In this document: positions 29,426 through 40,518 of the stretch, in pieces | Position numbering within the stretch: the stretch's first letter is position 1 | Layout: each line of letters opens with the position of its first letter | Assembly: GCA_032128875.1 (NCBI GenBank) | Contig: JAVLKG010000009.1 | Location: 206,936 to 270,935, forward strand | DNA from: Candidatus Melainabacteria bacterium 17Bon1m | GTDB lineage: Bacteria; Cyanobacteriota; Vampirovibrionia; Obscuribacterales; Obscuribacteraceae | Direction: 5' to 3' | Length of the DNA: 64,000 nt | Position numbers and translations under genes: made by a program | Notes under the pieces: model-generated | Databases searched by the model: none | Seen by the model: only the letters and a program-made list of their open reading frames with translations | Told to the model about the DNA's origin: nothing

Positions 29426-30664
29426 TTACTTTGTTGCAGACGCCGATTTCGGCTTCTTGGCAAGGGGTGCGTACAGCCTGGCCATTGTCGCCTTATCTCG
29501 TTTTGTCAAAACGGGCCAAACAGTCGATGTATCAACAGTGAAGAACATTACGTCGTGATTATTGTTGGAATGTCCTTGCAGCCCCAGCACATGCCCGACT
29601 TCGTGCAGGCACGCTTTTTTCATGTCGTCATCGCTCAGATAGCCGTCTTCCAAAAATGGCTTGGTCAGTATCTTCAGGGTGGCGCGAAGAATATTATTGC
29701 CTTTAGCTATGATGCGAGCAGAACCCCTTTCGCCCTGAGTACCGGACACAGTCACTTCTTGAGGGTTGCTGGTCCAACTGCAAAATATATCGGCTTGATT
29801 CTGGTTGTCGACCCGAGTTACGGCAATGTTGCCGTTTGTAGCCTTGCACCAATCTTGAAAGGCTTGCAATAGTATGTCGTCAAAACGCGCGAAGTACCCC
29901 ATCACGCCCGTGCCTGGCTCAATATAGATGCGCAGCGGCATGCGCTCCGGCGCCCAGCGATAAATGCCTTCTTTGCTGATGCTTGAATAGTAATCGGGTC
30001 CATGAGGGTCTGACTCCATTCTGCCGAGAGATTTTTTGAGTGCTTCCATAATGTCCGCGACTTGCTGCGCCTGCGGCGATTTAGGGCTTTCTTCCAGGTA
30101 TTTTCCGTACCAGTTGATGGCGTTTTCGTTATCGCCGACACTCTGATAACAGCCGGCCAGATTCAGCGTGGCTTCAGGCATTGAAGAGTTGAGTTTGAGT
30201 GCTGTTTCAAACTCGCCGATGGCTTTATTGATGTTGCCTGAGTTTTGATAAGCCAAGCCCAAATTGCAATGAATGCCGGCGGAACGCGGAGCCAGATATG
30301 CTGCTCTTTCCAAGCATTCGCGAGCTTCATAGGCGCGGTTTTTCTTGAGTAATTCAACGCCTTCGGCAAATAGTTGTCTTACCTTCTGCTCCGAATCCTT
30401 GACTGGCGCGTTCTTCATAAGCTCGGCGTCCGATTCGAGCTTTTCCTTATGCATCGGCAAGGGCATCGGAGACGGCGCCGGCCCCTTCAATTTGGACGGG
30501 GGTTGCGCCTGCGCAACAATCGGTAAGCATATCTGGCTGGCTAAAAAGAGCGAGAGCGCAGCTGCGCCGTGCGTCAAAAGCTGTTCAAAATAGGACTTTC
30601 CGGCTCTCAAAAGCGCAAATTCCTGCTGGAAACAAAAACAGTTTAACGCCACGACTAACCTCAA
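29426..30664 (-). CDS. TPR + matrixin (M10) metalloprotease (true start probably downstream)
   Basis: TPRs; HEVGHVLGLQGH...DVM; paralog of 14443-16464. Confidence 0.88.
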   Translation of the reverse strand: MRLVVALNCFCFQQEFALLRAGKSYFEQLLTHGAAALSLFLASQICLPIVAQAQPPSKLKGPAPSPMPLPMHKEKLESDAELMKNAPVKDSEQKVRQLFAEGVELLKKNRAYEARECLERAAYLAPRSAGIHCNLGLAYQNSGNINKAIGEFETALKLNSSMPEATLNLAGCYQSVGDNENAINWYGKYLEESPKSPQAQQVADIMEALKKSLGRMESDPHGPDYYSSISKEGIYRWAPERMPLRIYIEPGTGVMGYFARFDDILLQAFQDWCKATNGNIAVTRVDNQNQADIFCSWTSNPQEVTVSGTQGERGSARIIAKGNNILRATLKILTKPFLEDGYLSDDDMKKACLHEVGHVLGLQGHSNNNHDVMFFTVDTSTVWPVLTKRDKATMARLYAPLAKKPKSASATK

Positions 30665-30793
30665 TGCACTGTGGTGATGTTATCTGCCGGATTTTATTTC
30701 AATAAAAGTGGTAAGAGATCTTTGAAGGGGTGTTTCAAGTTGCGCCCCGCTTTGGCGGTGATTAAAAACCCGAGGATTTTGCCTGTGCTTGAG

Positions 30794-32656
30794 ATGACAG
30801 ACGCCGTTACTACACAACTGGCTCCTGCGGAATTGCAGGAGAACACGTTGGTCCTCAAGTTTGGACCAGACCTTTTGGCGGAGCTGCAAGGGTTGTTGGA
30901 TGGCAAGCATTTGTTCGATGCCATCTTGATTGACGTCACTCAGACGGGTTTTCTCTTCACGGCTGAGGTGATTATCGAGGCGGCTCAGATCGCTAAGAAT
31001 CTTTTGCAGATGCAAGGGGCGATGGTTTTCCTCAAGCTCGACCAAGCAGTTGCGATTGTCAGAGACTCTCTGACGGGCATTTTGAGCCTTCACATTTTCG
31101 AAAGTCATGCCGAGCTTTTCGACCATTCGCCTTCTCTGGCAAGGCACATCAAGCATGCTCTGGGGCGCTCCAGCGAGCTAGTCGAGGAAAGTACAGATCT
31201 CTCGCAGCAAGTTTTGATGACTGCTGTTCCGGTTTTGACTACGCTTGGAATAAAGCTCAAGGCTGGACTCGACGGCAGCAAGCGCCGCAATCTGGTGCTT
31301 TGTTCTGTTGATAGCTATTCACAGTTGAACGCTTTGTGCCATCGCCTTGTAGACCAAGACCGCCTGACCATGGAAGAGTTGATGGAAGAGCTGCGGTCAC
31401 TCGAACAAGCCAAAGCGATTTATCCTCTGTTTGCCAAGATTCCTTTCCTGGTCAACTGCTTCAAAAACAAGACTCCGTTCGGTCTGAAAGACTACTTGGT
31501 GGCGGCGAAGTTGATGAGCCAGGAGCAAGTCGATGATTTGATTACCGAGCAGCAGGCCTTGCCCGCTCGAGAACGCATTAACCTTGGCTCGCTTGCCGTG
31601 AAGAAAGGCTATATAAGCGGCAGGCAACTTGCTGTGGCGATTCAAGACCAGTCGTTCTATGGGCAAAAAGCTGACTCCGAGGATGTTAAGAAAGTTCTGA
31701 AACGCTCGTCCGATGACACATCTGTACAGGCGCTGGTTGGTCACTTAGGCAACACTGAAGCATCCATCTTGCTGCAAAACATCGCGCAAAACCGGGACAC
31801 TGGCGTGCTTTCAGTAGAGTATCGAGACCTCGCATTCAAAGCTCATTACGAACTCGGCAAAATTACTCATGCCAAAGTCGGCAAGATTGAGGGAAACAAG
31901 GCGATCATCGAGTTTTGTTCGGCTTGGAAAGACGGCATCTTCGTGTTTATCAAACGCCAGCCGCCGCCCGATCTGGCTAAAGATTCATGCAAATTGACCA
32001 AAGTCGTTGACAAACTTTTGCTCGATGCGGCCCTGGCACGCGACCATGCAGACGTGGTCATAGCCAAGCTTCCCAAAGGACTGAATTCAGTAATGGAGCA
32101 GTTGCCTGACGAGAAAGACTTGCTCAAAGGCCCGGTCGAAAACCTCATTGACCCGAAAGAAGAGCAGCCGATTACGAATCGAGAACTGGCGTATATGAAT
32201 CGAGTGTGGAAAGTCTGCGACGGGCTCACTCCTTTGCATCAGCTGGTGCAAAGCATCGGCGACATGGTTTGCGCCGACGCCTGTCGAGCTGTTGACTTGC
32301 TTATGCACTTCAAGCTCATCAATGTGCCGGAGTCTGACGTTAATACGCCACTCAGCAACTTCCAGACTTTGCTCAGAAAGATTACGGAGAAGATCGGCAA
32401 GGAGCGCAGCTCTGCTTTCCTGCGCCTGGCGCTGCGCGACACGATCGGCTATTCCGGTCGCGCCCGGATGTATGTGATGTCTTCGAGCGCGGAAGTCGGC
32501 ATCGATATGGTTGCCGCCAAAGCCACTGGTACTTCGCTTTCGACCGTAGTCAAGGATTTGGAAAACTGGCAAGTAAAGTACATCGAGTATGTCAGTCAGG
32601 AGCTGGACAGCAATATCCTGCTCAACATTATTCGTGAGATTCACCCGAATCCATAG
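30794..32656 (+). CDS. DUF4388/PATAN-like domain protein with MshEN-like motifs
   Basis: GHLGNTEASILLQNIAQNRDTGVL, GKITHA, WKDGIFVF, LLLDAA; NLGSLAVKKGYIS..QLAVAIQDQ. Confidence 0.7.
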   Translation: MTDAVTTQLAPAELQENTLVLKFGPDLLAELQGLLDGKHLFDAILIDVTQTGFLFTAEVIIEAAQIAKNLLQMQGAMVFLKLDQAVAIVRDSLTGILSLHIFESHAELFDHSPSLARHIKHALGRSSELVEESTDLSQQVLMTAVPVLTTLGIKLKAGLDGSKRRNLVLCSVDSYSQLNALCHRLVDQDRLTMEELMEELRSLEQAKAIYPLFAKIPFLVNCFKNKTPFGLKDYLVAAKLMSQEQVDDLITEQQALPARERINLGSLAVKKGYISGRQLAVAIQDQSFYGQKADSEDVKKVLKRSSDDTSVQALVGHLGNTEASILLQNIAQNRDTGVLSVEYRDLAFKAHYELGKITHAKVGKIEGNKAIIEFCSAWKDGIFVFIKRQPPPDLAKDSCKLTKVVDKLLLDAALARDHADVVIAKLPKGLNSVMEQLPDEKDLLKGPVENLIDPKEEQPITNRELAYMNRVWKVCDGLTPLHQLVQSIGDMVCADACRAVDLLMHFKLINVPESDVNTPLSNFQTLLRKITEKIGKERSSAFLRLALRDTIGYSGRARMYVMSSSAEVGIDMVAAKATGTSLSTVVKDLENWQVKYIEYVSQELDSNILLNIIREIHPNP

Positions 32657-32739
32657 CCTGAAAAGCGTAGAAAAAAGACTCTAACTACTGTACAAAGATA
32701 CTTCGTAACAGCCCGTTCGTCTTGCACGGAGAGTCAGAC

Positions 32740-34710
32740 ATGCGCGTTTTGAAGAGGCATGGTTTTTGCCTTTCGATTTCTCTTTCTATACTTACAACCG
32801 CTGGCATTTTGCCGCTTGTTTCGCCGCTTGCTGCTTGGGCAGAAACCAATCCAGCTGAACGCGCCGGGCGACTGTTGACGCCGCAGATGCAAGCGCCGTC
32901 ACTGCCCAGTCCCGCGTTGAGAGTAAGAGTTGCCGTGGCACAAAACACTCGAACGCCGAAAGAAATTCTTGCCAAACTGGCGAAGGACGAAAGTCTCATG
33001 GTGCGCCAGGCTGTCGCACAAAATCCGTCAACTCCGCCGGAGGTGATTGATGAGATGGCAGGGACAGCGGATGAATTTATTTTTGAAGCATTGCTGCGAA
33101 ATTCTCGCATGCCGCAAGCTGCGACTTTGACAAAGCTCACGAAAGCCGGAATTCCCAAGGTGCTGGAGACCATCGGCTCTAATCCGAAGACACCACCGGA
33201 GGTGCTTCAGGGGCTGGTCATGGGACCTGTACATACCGAGTTTCTCTTGCTGTCGTTGGCGCGCAATCCGAATACGCCACCGGATGTGGTGATGAGACTT
33301 TGTAAGATAGGCGATCGATTGGTTCGCACTTTCCTCTCGCGTCAGCCCAACATCTCTAAAGAAGCCATTGCTGTCTTGGCTCAGGATGGCGATCTCGGCG
33401 TGAGAGCTTTCGTTGCGATCAATTCAGCGGCACCTGCCGATGTGCTCGATGCGCTTTCGAAGGATTCCAATTTTGTTGTCCGGCAAGCAGTGGCAGGAAA
33501 TGCAAACACACCAACTGCATCTCTTGAGAAATTGAGCAAGGACGATAAAGCGGAAGTGAGAGGCGCTGCTGCTCTTTGTCAAAAGTGCACACCTGAATTG
33601 CTGTCGGCTTTGGCTAAAGATGCCGATGACAATGTGCGTATTTCAGTAGCATCCAACAGAGCTACTCCTGCCAATGTTCTGGCTGAATTAGCGAAAGACA
33701 AGTGTCCTTCTGTTCGCGCGGCAGTTGCTGTAAATCCTTCCATCGGTAAAGATGCCCTGGATATTCTCTGTGCTGATTCAACTATCGCTGTAGCACAGGT
33801 TGTCTCGGCAAGACCGGATATCAGCGCTGAGTCCTTTTTGAAATTGTCTAAAGACAATTCACCAATGGTGCGGACTATTCTTGCGATGAATCCTCGCTTG
33901 CCGGCTGATTTGGCTGCAGTGCTTGCAAAGGACGAAGTGCCCAGTGTGCGTGCTGCGGTTGCATCTAATGCGGCGATATTGGCTGGTCAGGACGGAAAAA
34001 TTCCGGCGGATTTGGAGCCGATATTTTCGAAGCTGGGACAGGACAGCGATGAGTTTGTCCGTCAATCTTTGGCAGGTAACGCCAACGCTCCGAAGCAAAG
34101 CCTCGCTTCTTTGTCGCAGGACCAGTGCGCGTCAGTGCTGCGCAGCCTGGCTTTAAATCCGCAAGTTCCGGACAACACTTTACTCGCGCTTGCACAATCG
34201 CCGGAGCCTGCGGTTCGCCATGAACTACTGAATCGCAATAATGCCGGACGCGATGTTCTGCTGAAATTAGCCGAAGATGCTGATGTAGAACTCAAGCGCA
34301 GGTTGGCAGGCAATCCGCAAGTGCCGGAAGATGTTGTGGCAAAACTTGCTCACGACAGCGATCCCTCGGTGCGATCTGTAGCAGCTGCGGCTGCCAAAAT
34401 GAGTAAGGAGTCGCTATCTTCCATGGTTGGCGACAAGAGCCGTTTCGTTCGCGCGAAAGTGGCGGCAAATCCAAATACGCAAGTTGCCGATCTAGAAAAA
34501 CTCGCTAAAGATCAAGACGACCTTGTACGTCAGGCTGTCGCCGGCAATCCATCAGCCGGTGCTAACTTGCTGACTTCGCTTTCTGAAGATAAGCGTCCGG
34601 AAGTTCGCGAGGCTGTTGCACTTAATCCGTCGGCTACAACCGATACGATTAAGAAATTGAGTGAAGACAGTGAATGCTGGCTGGCTACGCCGGATTCGAG
34701 ATATCGTTAA
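32740..34710 (+). CDS. Exported leucine-rich-repeat-variant (LRV/HEAT-like) solenoid protein
   Basis: Signal peptide; more than 20 roughly 24-aa VRxAVAxNPxTPxxxLxxLAxD repeats. Confidence 0.88.
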   Translation: MRVLKRHGFCLSISLSILTTAGILPLVSPLAAWAETNPAERAGRLLTPQMQAPSLPSPALRVRVAVAQNTRTPKEILAKLAKDESLMVRQAVAQNPSTPPEVIDEMAGTADEFIFEALLRNSRMPQAATLTKLTKAGIPKVLETIGSNPKTPPEVLQGLVMGPVHTEFLLLSLARNPNTPPDVVMRLCKIGDRLVRTFLSRQPNISKEAIAVLAQDGDLGVRAFVAINSAAPADVLDALSKDSNFVVRQAVAGNANTPTASLEKLSKDDKAEVRGAAALCQKCTPELLSALAKDADDNVRISVASNRATPANVLAELAKDKCPSVRAAVAVNPSIGKDALDILCADSTIAVAQVVSARPDISAESFLKLSKDNSPMVRTILAMNPRLPADLAAVLAKDEVPSVRAAVASNAAILAGQDGKIPADLEPIFSKLGQDSDEFVRQSLAGNANAPKQSLASLSQDQCASVLRSLALNPQVPDNTLLALAQSPEPAVRHELLNRNNAGRDVLLKLAEDADVELKRRLAGNPQVPEDVVAKLAHDSDPSVRSVAAAAAKMSKESLSSMVGDKSRFVRAKVAANPNTQVADLEKLAKDQDDLVRQAVAGNPSAGANLLTSLSEDKRPEVREAVALNPSATTDTIKKLSEDSECWLATPDSRYR

Positions 34711-34738
34711 GTCAAAACCACAATACGGAATCAAAACA

Positions 34739-35944
34739 ATGAAGGAAGCAGTAATCGTAGACGCAGTGCGCACCCCAATCGGTAAGCACATAGGTGCGCT
34801 AAAGGATGTTCGCTCGGATGATCTGGCTGCGCACGTGATTCGTGAATTGGTCAAAAGAAATGGTATTGATGCTTCTCAGATCGAAGATGTACTTTTCGGT
34901 TGCGCCAATCAGGCCGGTGAAGACAATCGCAACGTTGCTCGCATGGCTGTTCTTCTTGCCGGTTTGCCGGTGGAAGTTGCCGGCGGAACCGTCAACAGAT
35001 TGTGCGGTTCGGGCTTAATGGCCGTCAACGATGCCTGTATGGCGATTCAGTCTGGGCACGGCGACATCTATATTGCTGGTGGCGTTGAGTCTATGACGCG
35101 GGCACCATTTGTGATGGCAAAGCCTGACGCTTCATTTCCTCGTGGCGATCAAAAATTGGTTGATACGACGCTTGGTTGGCGTTTTATCAATAAAAAACTT
35201 TCTGAGATGCATCACCCATATTCCATGGGTGAAACAGCAGAGAACGTCGCTGAAAAATATACTGTTTCGCGCGAAGACCAGGACGAATTTGCGCGTTTGA
35301 GCCAGTCTAAATACGGCGAAGCGAGAGAGAAAGGGGCATTTAAGGATGAGATTGCCCCTGTCCCGCTGCCGCTCAAAAAAGGCGCGACGACGCCTGAATT
35401 TGTCAGTGAGGACGAACACCCGCGCCCGCAAACGACAATCGATGATTTGAAAAAACTGAAAGCAGCGTTTCGCGATGGCGGATCGGTTACGGCAGGAAAC
35501 GCATCTGGTATCAATGACGGTGCCACTGCTGTTTTAATTATGTCCGCTGACAAAGCCAAAGAGTTAAAACTCACACCGCTGGCACGTTATGTGACATCTG
35601 CTGTTGCAGGCGTAGATCCGGCAATTATGGGTATCGGACCCGTACCGGCGACAAGAAAAGCTCTCAGTCGTGCTGGGTTGAAGATTGAAGACATAGATTT
35701 GTTCGAATTAAATGAAGCCTTTGCGGCACAGTCACTTGCTTGCATGCGCGAACTCGGACTCGACCCGGCCAAAGTAAACGTCAATGGTGGTGCGATCGCA
35801 TTGGGGCACCCACTTGGATCGAGCGGCGCCAGAATTTTGACGACTCTTCTGCACGAAATGAAGAGGCGCAAGTCTCGCTATGGTCTAGCTACGATGTGCA
35901 TCGGCGTCGGTCAGGGAATCGCCACGATTGTCGAGCGTGTATAG
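34739..35944 (+). CDS. Acetyl-CoA C-acyltransferase (PcaF/PaaJ-like thiolase)
   Basis: [36 protein letters not shown]. Confidence 0.95.
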   Translation: MKEAVIVDAVRTPIGKHIGALKDVRSDDLAAHVIRELVKRNGIDASQIEDVLFGCANQAGEDNRNVARMAVLLAGLPVEVAGGTVNRLCGSGLMAVNDACMAIQSGHGDIYIAGGVESMTRAPFVMAKPDASFPRGDQKLVDTTLGWRFINKKLSEMHHPYSMGETAENVAEKYTVSREDQDEFARLSQSKYGEAREKGAFKDEIAPVPLPLKKGATTPEFVSEDEHPRPQTTIDDLKKLKAAFRDGGSVTAGNASGINDGATAVLIMSADKAKELKLTPLARYVTSAVAGVDPAIMGIGPVPATRKALSRAGLKIEDIDLFELNEAFAAQSLACMRELGLDPAKVNVNGGAIALGHPLGSSGARILTTLLHEMKRRKSRYGLATMCIGVGQGIATIVERV

Positions 35945-36170
35945 CCTGATGCCGCAGAAGACCACGTTGGGTGCGGTGAGAAACAGCCCACGCGCCCGGC
36001 GAGGTTAAAAATTGCTAAGAAAGCCTGTGAAAGCCCAGCTATCCCCGATCGGACGAATGAAGACGCACCGAAATGTGGCATTAATGAGTGAGAGGGTGCA
36101 CCGATTGGGCGGTGTGCCGCTAAAGCTCTGGCCATATCGGTCGGCAGTCATCCAGGCGAAGGCAGGATAG

Positions 36171-37445
36171 ATGGAATCTCAGCTCAAGCGCTTTACCTTC
36201 CTGCAGCTATCGGACGTGCATCTTGATTCGCGCTTTCTTTCCGGGCGGCTTGGTCTGTCGCACAGCCAGCGTTATGAGCGCAACAACGAGATGCTTCTTT
36301 CGCTCTATCGCGCGCTCGAAGAAGGCGCCAGGCGCAGGGTTGATGCGATTTTTATTCCAGGCGATCTTTTTGACGCCGACACCGTGACCGGTCCGACGAT
36401 CAATTATTTGATCGAGTCTTTTTCGCGGCTAGGCGACATACCTGTTGTGATCGCGCCAGGCAACCGAGACTATTATTCGTTTGCCTCGCCTTATAATCCA
36501 AAAGTTCTTCAGGCGCGCGGATTGCCGCCTTGGCCGGACAATGTCATCGTTTTCGATGCAGATGCTTTTCAGACGATCAGGCATCCGCTTCGCGAAGACG
36601 TTTGCTTTATCGGTCGTGCTTTCCAAAAAAATGAAGTAGAACCGCGTCGTCTACTTAACCGCCCGGTGGCATTGCGCACCGGCGCACCGTTGAATTTCTT
36701 TGTGCATCACGGTTTTCTCGAGGGCTATGCAGGTCCCGATGCCGAAATTGCTGATAAATACTCGGCACCGTTTTCTGTTGAAGAACTGGAATCTCAAGCT
36801 TTCACATATGCAGCGCTCGGACACTGCCATGAATTCGCCGAAGTGTATTCTTCTCGAGGCAAGCTTATCGGAGCGTATGGCGGCTCGTTTGTTGGACGTA
36901 GCTTCGAAGAAGCCGGTCCTCGTTTGGCACTGTTCGGTACAGTCATTGTCGGACCCAGCCGCGTTCCGGAATGCACCGTCGAGCCGTATGAATTCGACAA
37001 CCGTCGCATCTATGTCGCAGGCGTAGATGTCTCTGGCCTCTCCGAAGAGGTGATGGCTGAAGAAATCGGACTCGCCATTCAAGAACAAGGTGCACGTACA
37101 GGTGAAGATATCGTCTACCTGCACATGGAAGGAAGTTATCCACCGGAAGCCGATAAGTCGTCTGTTGTAGAGCGTTTTCGCGACAACTTCTTTCATGTGC
37201 GTGTCGCCGATCACACAAGGCCCGATTACCTGTCTGAGCGTTTTGACGAGCGAACGACAGAAGGCAAATTCATCGAAGCTATGCTCGAATACAAGCGACG
37301 CGTTGAGAAAGGTCGCGCTGAAGCCGGCCTTCTGGACAGCAATGCTGCACCGGATTCGGTATCTGGTGGAACGGCCGAAGACGCACTTTATTATGGTTTG
37401 GATGCCCTTCGCAGACAAAAGGTAGACGTACGAAATGTGGATTGA
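36171..37445 (+). CDS. SbcD/Mre11/YhaO-like metallophosphoesterase
   Basis: SDVHL, GDLFD, GNRD, HHG, LGHCH. Confidence 0.88.
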   Translation: MESQLKRFTFLQLSDVHLDSRFLSGRLGLSHSQRYERNNEMLLSLYRALEEGARRRVDAIFIPGDLFDADTVTGPTINYLIESFSRLGDIPVVIAPGNRDYYSFASPYNPKVLQARGLPPWPDNVIVFDADAFQTIRHPLREDVCFIGRAFQKNEVEPRRLLNRPVALRTGAPLNFFVHHGFLEGYAGPDAEIADKYSAPFSVEELESQAFTYAALGHCHEFAEVYSSRGKLIGAYGGSFVGRSFEEAGPRLALFGTVIVGPSRVPECTVEPYEFDNRRIYVAGVDVSGLSEEVMAEEIGLAIQEQGARTGEDIVYLHMEGSYPPEADKSSVVERFRDNFFHVRVADHTRPDYLSERFDERTTEGKFIEAMLEYKRRVEKGRAEAGLLDSNAAPDSVSGGTAEDALYYGLDALRRQKVDVRNVD

Positions 37446-40335
37446 ACGCATCGAGCTGGCCGGCTTCGGTAGCGTTGTCGGTGAGAAAACAGAATTTGCA
37501 AGCAACACGCTCAATCTGCTTGTCGAGGCGAACGAATTTGGCAAATCCACAATGGCGACTGCTGTTTGGGCGGCATTGTTTGATTTCCCTGAAGGTCACA
37601 TCGGTTCGACTTCGGGTGCGCATGGCGGGCAGACGCGTGAGTCCATGAGACCACGCGCCGGGGCACATTTGCCATTTAAAGTTGCGCTCTGGGCAAACCT
37701 TGGCGACCGGCAATTGAAAATCGAAAGAGACTTCGCCGCCCGAACCGTTCAAGTGCATGAGGTAAAACCGGCACAGAAAGACGTCACCGAGGAATTTCTC
37801 GGACCAAATGGCGAGGACGAAGTCGGATTTAGACTGACGGGGATGACGCGCGAACTTTTCCGTAGTACTTGCTTTGTCGGGCAACGTGAATTGGACGAGC
37901 ACACTATAGGCGGTGCTGAGGATTTCGCTTCTGTCTTTCAGGGAATAGCCGACTCTTCCAACACTAAGCACACCGCATCCGGTGCAATTCAATGCCTTGA
38001 TACCGCTCTCACTCATTACCCTCACCGCGGTCAGCTTCTGAAGATAGACCAGGTGATTCACTCGCTTGAAGTAGAGCAGAAAGAACTCAAAGAGAAACTT
38101 TCTGCGCTTGAAATAGAGCGCCAGAACCTTTTTGAAGGTCTGTATAAGTTGAATGAGATGGGTGATGACGGTGGTTTTGAAGGACCTACCGAAATTGAGG
38201 TGCCGCCCGAGACAGACTCCTCCACCTTGGCGCTCGTTGAAGAACTGCGCGATCTCGATGCCTCATTGGCTCGAGCCAAGCAGCATGAAGCCAGAATTAT
38301 GGAACTCCAATTGCAGGTTGACAAACTTACAACCGCTGATCCTGGGCTTGTAAATTTGGAAAATCGTGTCCGCGAAATGTGGACGAAGCGCGATAATTTG
38401 TATGCAGAACACGAAAAGTTGAAGGCAAATCCGAATCGTGCCGATGCTGAAGTAGATGTACTTGAAGCCGCCTTCCACAAGAAATGGCGCGGGCTATCGG
38501 AGTTTACGAGCCAGGACGCTCAGGCACTTTCGCTGCTCGTTATGCGTTTGAGCGACCTCGGTCGCGACCTCAACAATCTAGTCTCGCAAAAGCAGGATGA
38601 AGTCGCGAGGTTGACTAGCAGTTCTGTCGACCTGGCCAAGTATGAATCTACTAAAAGCGCTCTTTCTGCGCTCGATCCGAAGGACGCGGGTGATGTGCGT
38701 TCTTATCACGCGCTGATGAACGCAGCCAAAGATCAAATTACTGAATGCGAACGCAACGTGGTCAAGCATCGTGCCTCTATTTTAGAAATTGAAAAACAAC
38801 GCCAGGAAGTTCGCAGCAAACACCTGATGATTGGCGGCGCTGCGGCAATCGGCTTTATCCTTTTCACAATCGGCGCCATTGTCACGCGCGAAATGTTAGC
38901 CGCGCTTTTAGCTCTTGGAGTTATGGCACTCGTCGCCGGAGCTGCTGCTGGATTTTTCCTCATGCAATGGGCCAAGCCTGAGTCTTTCAAAAAGCGTGAC
39001 ACTGAGAAGCTTGAAGCAGACCTTGATAAAGCCACCACTCTGGCACAGCAACTTCACAGCAAAATCGGAGCATTGGAGGTAAAACTCGAGTCAATCGCAA
39101 GAAAAGCTGGCGTTTCTGGCGCCTCCCTTTTGGTTTCGATGATCGAAGAGAAGTCCGCCAGTGAGCCGAAATTGAAGAACTTAGACACTGTCGCCACGGA
39201 AATCGCCGCTAAGGAAAGTCAGCGAGAGCGCGCCCTGGATGAGCTCGCAATGTTCTTCAAGAAAGCCAACATTCCGGCCGGTGAAATTTCGCTGGAACGA
39301 GCCAAGCGCTTGAGCGAAGATGTGGCTCAGGCTGTTGAAGAAGGTCGCTCGATTCAAACTGCCACATGGCAGCAGCGTCAAATGTTGCAGCAGATTGGAA
39401 CCATGCAAGGCGAAATCGAAGAGATTGAGCGCAGCCTGGCACTCGTCTTTACTGAGAACAACATTGATGAAGTCACTCTCGAAGACTGCTTTGCCAGTTT
39501 TGAAAAACGTGTAGACGCGCACTATGCAGCCAGAAATGTGCAAGCGCAGATTGATCGACTCACTGAAGATTGCCTTGGTGGGCAATCATTCCCTGATACC
39601 TCCACTTATGTCGCTCATTTGGAGCAGCGTGGCAACGAGCTGAAGATGCGTATCAGTACGCAATCGTCGGTCAAGCTATCAACTTCTTCGCAGGGTGGCG
39701 ATTCTGCGGCGCGCAATGATTTAGTAGTTAAGGTGAGGGTCGCAGCCAAAGCGCTGGACGAAAGCTATTTGCCGGTGCTAGATCAAATTGAAAACGTCGC
39801 CAGAGAGTTGTCCAATGCAAGACGTTCGAAGCTTTCTCTCGAGTTGGCGAGAAACACTCTGCGTAAGCTTTCGGGAGAAACGTACGAGAATTGGTCGCAA
39901 AAACTCAATTCGATTGCCGATGAAATTGTCAGCAAGCTTGATCTGGAATTCGAGTCTTTGCAATTTACGTCTGACTTGAATTTGTTGCTGAAACGGCGTG
40001 GTGATGCCGATGTCATCGACTCCTCGAAATTCAAGGAGCGTATGTCTGTTGGTACTCGCGAGCAACTTCACTGGTTGGCTCGCGTTGTCATCTCGCGTTT
40101 TCTTTCTAAAGACAATCCGTTGCCTATCGTTTTGGATGAGCCATTCAGCGAATCAGATGATGAGCGCTTCTTGCATATTATGCAATTCGTGGTTGATGTT
40201 TTGACGCGCGACCATCAAGTAATTATTTTTAGTTGCCATCGTCAGCGCCACAACTGGTTGGCTGAGCAGTTGAATCCTGCGCAGAAAGAACGCCTGATGT
40301 TTTGCAGCCGCGTGAAAGCGGTCCCGTTTTCATAG
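37435..40335 (+). CDS. YhaN/SbcC-like ABC-ATPase with coiled coil and two TM helices
   Basis: Walker A NEFGKST; signature MSVGTREQL; Walker B IVLDEPF; FSCH; overlaps the upstream gene. Confidence 0.88.
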   Translation: MWIERIELAGFGSVVGEKTEFASNTLNLLVEANEFGKSTMATAVWAALFDFPEGHIGSTSGAHGGQTRESMRPRAGAHLPFKVALWANLGDRQLKIERDFAARTVQVHEVKPAQKDVTEEFLGPNGEDEVGFRLTGMTRELFRSTCFVGQRELDEHTIGGAEDFASVFQGIADSSNTKHTASGAIQCLDTALTHYPHRGQLLKIDQVIHSLEVEQKELKEKLSALEIERQNLFEGLYKLNEMGDDGGFEGPTEIEVPPETDSSTLALVEELRDLDASLARAKQHEARIMELQLQVDKLTTADPGLVNLENRVREMWTKRDNLYAEHEKLKANPNRADAEVDVLEAAFHKKWRGLSEFTSQDAQALSLLVMRLSDLGRDLNNLVSQKQDEVARLTSSSVDLAKYESTKSALSALDPKDAGDVRSYHALMNAAKDQITECERNVVKHRASILEIEKQRQEVRSKHLMIGGAAAIGFILFTIGAIVTREMLAALLALGVMALVAGAAAGFFLMQWAKPESFKKRDTEKLEADLDKATTLAQQLHSKIGALEVKLESIARKAGVSGASLLVSMIEEKSASEPKLKNLDTVATEIAAKESQRERALDELAMFFKKANIPAGEISLERAKRLSEDVAQAVEEGRSIQTATWQQRQMLQQIGTMQGEIEEIERSLALVFTENNIDEVTLEDCFASFEKRVDAHYAARNVQAQIDRLTEDCLGGQSFPDTSTYVAHLEQRGNELKMRISTQSSVKLSTSSQGGDSAARNDLVVKVRVAAKALDESYLPVLDQIENVARELSNARRSKLSLELARNTLRKLSGETYENWSQKLNSIADEIVSKLDLEFESLQFTSDLNLLLKRRGDADVIDSSKFKERMSVGTREQLHWLARVVISRFLSKDNPLPIVLDEPFSESDDERFLHIMQFVVDVLTRDHQVIIFSCHRQRHNWLAEQLNPAQKERLMFCSRVKAVPFS

Positions 40336-40353
40336 CAGCGCCAATAAATCTCT

Positions 40354-40499
40354 CGTAGGTCCTCGTAGGTGAGCCGCATGCGGCTCCCTTCCAGGGACGC
40401 GCATGCGCGTCCCCTACGGAAGGAATGATAACAGTCAATGCTTGCGTAGGTGAGCCGCATGCGGCTCCCTGCCAGGGATGCGCATGCGCGTCCCCTACA
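40354..40499. repeat. Two tandem inverted REP doublets (BIME/REPIN-like)
   Basis: [GTAGGTGAGCCGCATGCGGCTCCC-N5-GGGA(C/T)GCGCATGCGCGTCCCCTAC] x2. Confidence 0.85.
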
Positions 40500-40518
40500 G
40501 TAGGATAAGATGTTCAAT

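Noticed and set aside
36651-38061. 299-aa and 260-aa - strand ORFs
   Set aside because: Antisense to the well-supported nuclease/ATPase pair, with no motifs
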